NCBI RefSeq assembly: GCF_041956535.1
Contig: NW_027192197.1
Coordinates: forward strand, 1,178,341 to 1,242,340
Source: Calcarisporiella thermophila CBS 279.70
Taxonomy: Eukaryota; Fungi; Calcarisporiellomycota
DNA: 64,000 bases
Direction: 5' to 3'
The position numbers were made by a program, and so were the translations under genes. Within the stretch, counting starts at the first letter, position 1. Each line of letters begins with the position of its first letter. Below, piece after piece: positions 51,314 through 61,483 of the stretch. The notes beneath the pieces are model-generated. The model was given only the letters and a program-made list of their open reading frames with translations. It did not search any database and had not been told where the DNA came from.

Positions 51314-52516
51314 ATGATATCGCACGGTAGACTTTTTGTAGGGCTACATCTAATAATATCTATCTTCTTGAATTACTTTATTTTAGTTTCAATTAAATAG
51401 AGCTTATTTCTAAAATATTTTTTGCATATTTGCATATGCCAATATTTTGTGTGATGTACTCATTGTGTTAGGCTAAATCAAGTTCTTTAAACATTTGGAA
51501 TATGGCTGAATATTTTAATTACTCCGGTATGAGAAATTAGTATAGCCTATAATCGTTTACCGCAAGGGCCAAGAAGTATAAAGAAGCCTGGATGAAACTG
51601 GCACTACTTACTTTAGCCTGAAAGTTTATCCTAAGAGAATAAAGTAATAGTCAATGACTATTCGGTATGATTTATTACTTTGCCCTTAAAAAACAAACCA
51701 TGGGAATTGAATCCAAAAATACAACTTTCAATAGTGTCATTCCTAATCTCATGTCATTACATTATTTGATAATCTAGTTTGAAATTTGTGAATCTCCAAA
51801 TTTTTGGTAGTAAAAGGGAGTTTGATATCCTAAATCCAGAGATCTTCTAGATTGATATTATAAACTTTTTGCCAATTAAAAAAGGCTAATGTATCATGTG
51901 AATCAACGCCAGAGCAACCTAATGAGATCGCCAAGATTTTCCCAAATAACTAAACAAACACAACAATATCTAGATCTTTGTATACCTGGTAAAGGCTCAT
52001 ACTCTAAATATACAACATGTATAGCTTGTTATACATATATATCTCTAAAATTCCTCAACTTGTAAATCTAGTGTCTAAGAGGTAAATAAGTGTTTAGTAG
52101 TTGTTTTTTTTAGGATATTCAACAGTTTGAAATGGATGAAAGCATGTAATAAGGCTCTTCGACAATTATTAATCCCAACTTCATATTCCAAGAAAAATAC
52201 TATTCTGTAATTTCAAACTGCCTTATTTTGTTTTGAGGTGGTAAATACAAAGTCGTGTCTGGAAACGATCCACGATAAGCCCATAGCTATTTACTTCGGT
52301 TTGAGGCAAAAGTGAAACTTTAATAGGCTATTCTCTTGGTGAAAACTAACAAATTAAAGAGAATTGCCATAATAGACTAATTAAAATTTTGCGCGTATCC
52401 GTAGTATATCAAGAGTGTATAAAAAGGACACATTTTACAATCATTTTTTATTCATTACCAGATCAACTTTTCAATTCAATTTCAAGTATACAACAACGTC
52501 TCTATTTTTGCAGAAA

Positions 52517-53084
52517 ATGAAGTCCGTTATTCTTTCAGTTGCAGTTCTCTTCGCCACCATTGCCAGTTCTCAGGCCGAACCGGTTCTTAAACACATAGGT
52601 GAACGAGGCATTAATGTCGGTGGGAGTAATAGTGTTGGCAGTAATCAACAAATGGCCGATGTAAGTCCATTATTATAAGATAAATCTTTTATCGGCAGAG
52701 CGACTAACCAGTTTGATATTGTAGAATACAAACCAGAATTCTAACAACAGCGGTACTGGTGCAGGTAGCTTGAACCAGAACATGGTCGGTTGTGCCAACT
52801 GTCCTCCGCAACAGACAATTACTATAACTAGATCTTGCTATCCACAACCTACTGTTACCGTCACTAAGAGCTTCGTGTCCACTTATACGCCACCCCCACA
52901 AGTAATCACGGTAACTAAAACCGTTGCTTCACCTTGCCCTACCCCACCGACCTATCCCACCAAACCTGCATGCCCGCGCTCTTATTGCCCACCCTGTCCA
53001 CGCCCTAACAACAATGTCGGAAATGGCATTTTGAATCTCGGAAATGGGGGTCGGGATGGTAGTCTCATTAGGATTTTTAGTTAA
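52517..53084 (+). CDS. Secreted protein C (167 aa): shared N/Q/G-rich module + Cys/Pro/Thr-rich stalk + N/G-rich C-terminus; exons 52517-52660, 52725-53084
   Basis: Signal peptide MKSVILSVAVLFATIASSQA; ER site; GINVGGSNSVGSNQQMAD|NTNQNSNNSGTGAGSLNQNM; intron GTAAGT 52661, branch ACTAAC, TAG 52724. TATAAAAA at 52418. Confidence 0.85.
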
Positions 53085-54566
53085 ATTCACGATAAAATGA
53101 TATGATGCTATTCGATTTATCGTTGCTCTTACATTTTTTTTTCATTTAGAACGATAGGATATATATATTTTTGACACAATTAATGAATGTGTTAGATTCT
53201 AATTTTAAGTAACTAAGTCCACTTTTTAGATATTTGTGAAATTAATAAATGAATAATTCCGGTCCATGCTTCAATATTATCGTACAGTTTTTGCTTAAGG
53301 CGACAGCGTAAGGGAAATGGACAAAGTCAGCAATCCACGCTTCATTTCCCCTCTTCTCATTTTTTTTTTGGTTGATAGGATTTTTTTTATGATTATTTCG
53401 GGACGGTCGAGGAAACATCTCCTTGGAAGATTAATATTTATAGTATCATCATATTCAAATTATCGTACGATTTTATTTTTTTATTTTAATCTCTATTTCT
53501 TTGTATCAGTTCACTTTATCCAATAAATCGGCCTCATAATCGTGAAGCGTTGACTGCCGGCTTTGTCTTGTCAATTTCCCTTGAGCCGTTGCTTAAGAAA
53601 AAAAAATTTTTGAAGATATAATTTCGAAAAACAGATAAGTTTAGTTTTCTATATATTGATCACCATTTGGAAACACAGCATTGTTTAACAAAAAACGGAG
53701 CCTAAGATTACTCTGATATTATATCACCAATTTACTAAAGAATAAAAGGCTGGTACCGATTATCCCGGCAAAAAATTGAAAGCATATTCTTTTAAGTACC
53801 ATTAATAATTAAAACTTCACATAGATATCGCAGCCCATGTCTGGCTTGCGTTGCTTTATTTACCGTAGTCAGCCTGAGCTGGTTTGGCAGTTGAATATCC
53901 AGAAGATATTTAAGCTTATTTATGAAATCAGATGATTGATCTCAGTTGACTAGCCTTTTGTAATAGATTGATTGAACGAATAAGATGTAGATTGGGTTTC
54001 CTTCTTTTGGTTCATTTTATGTTAGTGTGGCTTTTTTTTAGCACTCTAAATGCTGATTGATTGATACACAAACTTTAGAGCAGAGTAGTAAAGTATGACT
54101 CATTTTATCTGTATTGCCAGACTACAGCCATAATTATAAAAGCCCCTTTGCTCATATCAAGTCCGTAAAAAAGTACCACTATGTCATATTTTATTATCAA
54201 TTCGCCTACATCTTACGGAGGTTTCAGATTAGATTTCTATGAAAGTATCCGACTCCTTAAAATTCCCCGTAATACAAGTCACAGTCTTAGCCACCATTAA
54301 CGAAATCTATAAGATTTAACCTATTTCCCACACAATAATACATGAAAGGGGCGGCCAATAAAACATAAATCTAAAAATAACTGGCCATAGATCAATCTAA
54401 TGGAACACGTAAATTTCCGAGTTGTATAAATGCAGACCGATACCTGCATCAAGCTAGGTCTCCTTTTACTTTCCTTTCAACAAGAGAAAAGTAAGCTCTC
54501 CTGATTGTAAATAATAACCCTCTTCTCAAACTTTGGACACAAGCGTTAAGCTTTAGTACTTAGCAT

Positions 54567-55274
54567 ATGAAGAGAGTTTGGTGTTTCTTGCTGACACATG
54601 TACTAGTTATTATGTCTACAACAGGCGCCAACTTCCGTTCCCGCTCCATTGGCATGGTTGTCTTTCCTGGATTTGAAGTACTTGATGTCTTTGGACCTTT
54701 AGAATATTGGAATATACTCCCGCTCATTGCACCTACTGGTTTGAGTGTTTCGATTATCTCTCACAAGGTTGGACCAGTGAGTTCGATCCCACCAATTAGA
54801 CCTGATGCAATTGGACAGAGTATCTTAGCAACTCACTCTTTTAGTAACCCTCCCAATCTCGATATTCTCATAGTACCTGGAGGTATTGGCACACGGACAA
54901 TGATCAATGACACCGTTCTTCTCAATTTCATCAGGGATACCTATCCCACATTGGAGTATTTGGTGACCGTATGCACAGGTTCGGCGTTAGTTGCGAAAAC
55001 TGGCCTATTAGATGGTAAAAATGCGACATCCAACAAAAAATCGTTCGATTGGGTTATGCAACAAGGACCTAACGTTAAATGGATCCGCCGTGCTCGCTGG
55101 GTTGAAGACGGAAACATCCTCACCAGCTCAGGTGTCCAAGCGGGTATGGACATGACCAATTATCTCATTGGGAAGCTATACAGCGAAGAGATAGCGAAGC
55201 AGGTCAGCGATCGCATGGAATACGCACCTCACACTGATCCCACGTGGGATCCCTTTGCTGACCAAACGAAATAG
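54567..55274 (+). CDS. DJ-1/PfpI (ThiJ) family protein, isonitrile-hydratase-like subgroup, intronless
   Basis: FPGFEVLDVFGPLE, DILIVPGGIGTR, nucleophile elbow TVCTGS, GLLDGKNATSNK, RWVEDGNILTSSGVQAGMDM, MEY...DPFA. The start is either Met1 (hydrophobic leader) or Met16. Confidence 0.9.
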   Translation: MKRVWCFLLTHVLVIMSTTGANFRSRSIGMVVFPGFEVLDVFGPLEYWNILPLIAPTGLSVSIISHKVGPVSSIPPIRPDAIGQSILATHSFSNPPNLDILIVPGGIGTRTMINDTVLLNFIRDTYPTLEYLVTVCTGSALVAKTGLLDGKNATSNKKSFDWVMQQGPNVKWIRRARWVEDGNILTSSGVQAGMDMTNYLIGKLYSEEIAKQVSDRMEYAPHTDPTWDPFADQTK

Positions 55275-55711
55275 TTTGCTTAACTTGTTACACCGGATTT
55301 TTCTTTGAATGATTAATTTATATTTATATCATACATTAATGTATCCATTCACCATGATCGTTAGTAAAATACTAAAGTATCAATAGTCGGATCCTCTATG
55401 ACAGTCGCTAATTTAGAAGGATATATGAATTAATATTCATTTTACTTTGCTTCATATTATACCTTAGAGTATCCCAGCTTGTTTAAAACACGCCTTTTCA
55501 CGTAGAATTTATTTTATATATTACTCCTAGTAATTCAAGCATGAAGAGAGTAGTACTGCTTTCACGCCACTCTTCCGCATTTATCAAACCAGCATTACCA
55601 CTTCACAAGGTGATACTTAACATTTTCTGTTACATCTGTAGATTCAGTTTATGGGGGTATTATCATATAGAACGAGTAGTGTTGTGTGATTAAACAGTCT
55701 AGCTCCTCTTT

Positions 55712-55764
55712 ATTGTTTGATTCTAGGTAGAGAAAAGAATTTTCTCTACCTAGAATCAAACAAT
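55712..55764. repeat. Perfect 25-bp inverted repeat with a 3-nt loop
   Basis: attgtttgattctaggtagagaaaa-gaa-ttttctctacctagaatcaaacaat. Confidence 0.95.
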
Positions 55765-56898
55765 GTCTAATTATCAGGAACATTAGTTATGAAAATAAGA
55801 TCGAATACAAAATTTGCTTATAATCAATGTTCATATCTCCAAACATCAGTGTAGTTGACATATCAGAGGTACACAACAGCTTTGGCTTACAATGTTGTTT
55901 TCTATTATATTCGAAAACTGTATAATTGCACTTGAGAAGACAAGTTGAGCTAGAATTTAATAAAATTGAGTATGCCTTGTATTCCGGTTCAAATAGACTT
56001 TCCACTCAATATGATTTCGTAATTATATAATCTTACGTATTCTGCTGGTAAACATATATTCAACATTAGCTGATACCTGGGAAGTTGTAGTGCAGAAACC
56101 ATGACTACTTTATCACTGTAAAACAATGGCACTTGATCACAATATAATAAACCACCATCATGGAAGATATAAAGAAAAGAAATACTTCAAACTCATTGCA
56201 TCAAAAAACATTGCTCGAGAATAACTAGATAGGCTTCGACAAACCAATCCAGTGCAATAATACGCCCATCGATTTCAAAATGTTATCAACGATATTCCAG
56301 ACAAGTCCCACGAAGAATTGATTCATTATTTCCTACGAGGAAATAAGTCAAATACTTGTTTCGACGTCAAAATTCGTCAACCATATACTTTGGAAGAGGC
56401 CACCAACTTCGTCAATATGTTCGATCAAGTATCATAATCCTTATAGGAGACAATTCAACAAGCCTGCTCCCTTGCGTTCCCACGTTAAATCAGATTCAGT
56501 CAACGTCACATCCCATGTAATCGGACTCAAATCAAACATCAAGACTCAAGAAACTGATCGATGAAGATTGTCAATACCTTATCAAAATTGGCGCTTGCTT
56601 TCGATGCCGCAATAAAGGTCATTTTGACATCATACATGCCCACTCAATAATCGATCTTCGCGAAATCTCGAACATTTCACCAGACATACACCCACATTAA
56701 AGGATAAATATTTCGCAGGATTATCTACAAAATTATTCCGAAATAGCGACTTCCACCTATTCCATCACTCAGGATTAACACTGAGAACACGGAAGAACCT
56801 CTGCTATGCTACAGCGGAATTCTTGAATGACACCCAGTTATGATCTTCGTCGACGGTGGATCAACTTGCAACTTTATCTCTCGCCAACTTTTCAAAAG

Positions 56899-57158
56899 TG
56901 TAACTGAAGCCAATGTATCTGTGTTAAGTAAAAAAAAAATCAAGGAATTATTAAGGATAAAACTTTGACTATTGCTATAAAAATTAACTAAGAAACACAC
57001 ATTTATAACATGAATTGTTAATAATGTGGTGGGTAATGACTTAAAAGTGTGGCTATAAAACCAAGAAGACTATCAAACAAGATAAAAGTTGAGGTTGTTT
57101 CGCAAAAAGATCGTCTTGGCGTCCTTCGCATATCCATAATAAAACGTATCCTCTTACA
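56899..57158. mobile_element. Solo LTR #1 (260 bp) nested in the Gypsy protease region
   Basis: Ends TGTAA...TTACA, flanked by 5-bp TSD AAAAG (56894-56898 and 57159-57163). Excision restores FISRQLFKSLYIRVMAIDPFQLTFATG. Confidence 0.85.
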
Positions 57159-57869
57159 AAAAGCCTTTATATAAGAGTGATGGCCATCGATCCATTTCAA
57201 CTCACTTTCGCCACTGGTAATTCATTAAAATGCAATCAATAAGTTCGAGGCATCGCTCTTCTAGTCAACGACCTCCGTGAAAAGCTAAATCTTATCGTGA
57301 TCGACCTTCCACGCCTTGACATTATCTTGGGAAATCCTTGGCTTGCAAGACTCCAACCCGGCAACAATTGGGTAATTTACGATATTAAATTCCAACACCA
57401 TAGTAAAACCACCCACTGGAAAAGCAAGAACAGCATAACCATCGCTACTTTGTCAGCGCTGCAAATGCAACGCAGCACCTGTGATCCAGACAATCAATTA
57501 TTTCTTTATAATTTCATCAACAAATGATTGTAACAACAAAAATATCAACCAGCACGACGACCAGAATATCAACCAGTTACTTGATGAACTCCAAGATGTT
57601 TTCCCCTCTAAAGTTATTGCCACCCTCCAGAGCCGTGGATCACAATATAGAATTTTTATCCAATCATGACCCTCCATTTAAACAAGTTTATCACCAGAGT
57701 TACGCTGAACTGAACGAACCTCGTAATTAACTGCAAGGGCTTCTTGATCATGGATTCATTTAACCAAGTAAATCACCATTTGGAGCAATCATTTTCTTTG
57801 TCGAAAAGAAGGATCGTAACATTCGAATGTGTTTTGATTACCATTCAATCAACAAGATCACTATAAAGT

Positions 57870-58148
57870 TGTTGGAGGACGACCAGGCGTGACCTAAGTC
57901 TGAAATAGTCTAGATATTCTTTGTGTTACAATGACTGATATCATATTTATACAAGCATGCACCATACATGTATAAGCATGCATCTCACCATCACTATTAC
58001 GCCTTATCTCTTTTATTTCCTATCCTTTTCTATCATATATATAGGATGTGATCTATCTCTCTTGAGTTCTTTGGTGTATTTGAGTTGTGTTATCCCTTCT
58101 GCCTGTCTTCTTTCCTTTTTATCAATATATTATTATTAAAATCCAACA
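57870..58148. mobile_element. Solo LTR #2 (279 bp) nested in the Gypsy RT region
   Basis: Ends TGTTGGA...TCCAACA, flanked by 5-bp TSD AAAGT (57865-57869 and 58149-58153). Excision restores INKITIKYRYPPPKIND. Confidence 0.9.
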
Positions 58149-60268
58149 AAAGTACAGGTATCCACCGCCCAAAATCAATGATATTCTGACCGGTTCGCAG
58201 AAGCAAAAATATTTTCCAAATTTTGACTTGCAATCTGACTATCAACAAATCAGAATCGCAGAACAGGACATACTCAAGAAAGCTTTTTGAACTCACTAGG
58301 GACGCTATGAATTCAAAGTACTTCCATTCTGTTTATCCAATGCTCCCGCCATTTTTACGACTCTTATGAACAATATCTTTCACCCTTTACTCGATGAATA
58401 GATTATTGTATACTTAGATGATATCTTAGTATACAGTATGAATATTCATAAACACCAAAAACATCTTCGCCTAGTTCTTCAAATTTTTCGTGATAATAAA
58501 TTATATGCCAATGCCGGTATATGCGACTTCCTTTGCATTGCAATTGAATTTCTTGGTCATGTCATTACCCAGAGGGAATCCAAGTTAATCCCAAGAAAAC
58601 CATTGCATTTCGACCTTAGCCACCTCCTCACAACATCAAGAATCGGTTTTAGAACTTGCCAATCACTAGAGGAAATTCGTTAACAACTTCATTTCAATTG
58701 CTTTTCCTCTTACTACTCTCCGCAAGAACACTCCTTTTTCCTGGACCCAGAAATGCTACAACGCTTTTGTTCAGATTGTTCTGTTTCATAGCTACACTTT
58801 CAAGCCAGCAGCCACCACATTATTCTTTATGTTATACACATGTATTTCCTAGTTAATTTTACTAGCAATAACCATACTTTTTCTCGGAAATTTCTTTGAT
58901 TTGCCAACTGAACATTTACAAATCGACTCTAGTTACAGAAATCATAACAAGATCTTCTTCATCACTTTAAACCAATAATAGTTAATAATAAAATATTTTG
59001 TGGTTATTTGGTCTTTAGAATCGCATGGATACTAACTCTCTCTTGATTCATCAAAACTTCAACTGGTCGTACCAATTAAACGATTTTTATCAATATTCTT
59101 AACAGATCCTTTATCCTTAAATGGATATGCGAATTTCCAAAATTTTAAGAATACGGGTATTCTAGAAGAAAAGACAGTACACCATTGATGAAGCATTTTG
59201 ACAATATTTTGACGTCATGTTGATGTGAACATATTCATAAAGGAATCAAATAATCAAAATTAATGATATTCAGAGGAACAAAAGTAACATGATAATATTA
59301 TCGGATTTTTTTATGTGTTAATATTCAGATTACATATCATGTTTGAGTTTAAGGAATTAATCCAGGCTTACATAATACCTGTAAGGCTTTACACCAAAAT
59401 GATTAGTTGTGAAAGGAAAAGTTGATACCTTTATAACATTGAGCTATATACTATATTCACCCAGTTGAATTTATGAACGATGTATTAGCTGTTTGTCGAT
59501 AATCCGAGAATATGACGATTTTTCTAACCAGTCAAATTCATTTTATACTTGTTCTCGAATACCCATTATGTGAACGGCGAGTCACAAGAATCTTCCAACT
59601 CTGTAATTTAGAACTTTTAGTATGGGTTAAATAATATGGCTTTTTACTGGTTCCAAGTTTAAATAAAGAGACACGAATCCAAGAAATTCATCAAATAGAG
59701 TCGAATAATATCCATTAATAGATAAATTTATCTGGTATAAGATTTTCCAATCAGCATATATAATTAAATCAAATTTGAATGTGCCTAAGAAGGTTTGCGG
59801 CTACTCGAATTTATCTTGGTGAACCATTCACACTTTTGTTCTGATAAAGAGACCAAAAGAGGGAATTTTATGGTTTAACCTTGAGTGTATGGATTTTCTG
59901 TATGGAACTAAAGGGTTTAATGAGGTTTAGATCATCATCAAGTGGTGTTTATAAATTTTAGTCTTCTAGAAGGCTAGGTTGTAAAACAGAAACTGCGAGA
60001 TGATGTAGTCAGGATATTTTTCTTATTTCTCATGATTATATGTCATTTTCACGTTTCCACAAGAGAAGCAACTATCCTGCATCAAAACCCTTCTTGACCA
60101 TTCTCAGTCATTCTTCTTTGTCCAACCTTTTTAACTGGAATATATATATAAGAGGGATTTGGGCCCTATTTTTTTTGCTGTATTAAAGCTGATAGCAATT
60201 AACATCAGTTTCCCTACGACCATTACACAATCTATATTTAATCTGATTATCCTTTCAACCGTTTCAAG

Positions 60269-61483
60269 ATGAAATTATCTGGCTATGCAGTTTGGTTTAC
60301 CTGCATAATACTTATTGTATCCTCAATAACTCAAGCAACCCCTCTTAAGAGAGAGATAAGAGGAGTAGGACCCAATGGATTGGTAGATAAGGAAGCGGCA
60401 AATAGTCCAGAAGCGATTAGGAGAAATGAAGAATTGAATGCCATATTTAGGAAAAAGCATCCAGAGTTTTTCCAGAAAGCGACCCCCCATGAGCAAAAGA
60501 AAATGGAAAGTTGGATCACTAAGATAGAGGATATCGCAGTTAGATATGGTCTTCCAGCAGTAGGGAGTTTCTTAGGAGAGCTTATTGATCCTGCAGGAGG
60601 TGGTGTAGCAGGAGGATTATTGGGAGATACCTTAGCGAGATACGTGGCTGTGAAATTTGGATTGGAAGAACACTTTGACACATCCCTACCGGTTGTCGGT
60701 CGCATCGGAAAATTAGCAAAAGCATTGGAGGAAGGGGCTGGTGTTGTTGGCGAATTGCCAAAGGGTTCGGCTACCCCAGGAAAAGGAGCGACAGCACCTG
60801 AGAATAACGAAGTCCCAGTAAATCCAGAAGAAAATGAAGTAATTCCCCCGGGTGAAAAGAACGGAAACGAAGCAACTGGTAATACTGAAGTAGAAGGAGA
60901 GGCTTGCTTAAGGAAGAGGGGCTCTGGTTCTCTTAATAGGCGGCAGATGAACTGTAATCCAAATCAAGCAGGACCGAGCGGAAATCGACCCAATAAAGCA
61001 CGACCGGGCCAATCGGTTGAAGCCAAGAGTGCCCTTAAGACCTACTTTCAAACCGGGTACAAGAACCTAATATTTCGAGCTTCACAAAGTGCCCACGAAA
61101 TGATAAACCACATGCGCGATTTTGGCCTAACTCCAAATGAACCAACAGATCTTCCGGCCAATATCGAGTTGAATAATAGGAGCTATACTACGGCCGTGCG
61201 TAGCTATCTTGAGAATCTCAAATCGAATCCTGGAAATGTAGCTTATTTTGAAGGCAGATATCAAACCGGGACGAAACTGTTGAAAGGAGGCAAAACTGGA
61301 CCAAGTCAAGTCGTGAGTGCACGGTTCATAGTCGAGGATGGCGGAAAAAAAGGTATAAAGCTGTTTGCAATCGGAAAAGATGGAAATAGAGCAAATGAGC
61401 TATTGTATGCCGGAAATATATCGAGAACTAAACTTGGAATTCTTGAGGAAAAAGGCGAAGTTTGGTTTGGAAAGAAACCGTAG
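60269..61483 (+). CDS. Secreted toxin-like precursor (404 aa): signal peptide, glycine-zipper region, acidic linker, Cys-dibasic-Cys loop, putative colicin-D-like RNase C-terminus
   Basis: Intronless ORF with signal peptide and KR site; GSFLG...GGGVAGGLLG; LPVVGRIGKLAK; CLRKRGSGSLNRRQMNC; basic C-terminal domain with HMRDFGL. TATA-like run at 60141. The ORF is secure; the function is inferred. Confidence 0.7.
   Translation: MKLSGYAVWFTCIILIVSSITQATPLKREIRGVGPNGLVDKEAANSPEAIRRNEELNAIFRKKHPEFFQKATPHEQKKMESWITKIEDIAVRYGLPAVGSFLGELIDPAGGGVAGGLLGDTLARYVAVKFGLEEHFDTSLPVVGRIGKLAKALEEGAGVVGELPKGSATPGKGATAPENNEVPVNPEENEVIPPGEKNGNEATGNTEVEGEACLRKRGSGSLNRRQMNCNPNQAGPSGNRPNKARPGQSVEAKSALKTYFQTGYKNLIFRASQSAHEMINHMRDFGLTPNEPTDLPANIELNNRSYTTAVRSYLENLKSNPGNVAYFEGRYQTGTKLLKGGKTGPSQVVSARFIVEDGGKKGIKLFAIGKDGNRANELLYAGNISRTKLGILEEKGEVWFGKKP

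Larger units (their letters stand above)
56100..58775 (+). mobile_element. Decayed Ty3/Gypsy LTR retrotransposon (gag-protease-RT remnants with many stops and frameshifts; boundaries approximate)
   Basis: Zn-knuckle CFRCRNKGH (~56597), aspartyl protease VMIFVDGGSTCNFIS and DIILGNPWL, RT motifs [66 protein letters not shown]. Confidence 0.9.
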
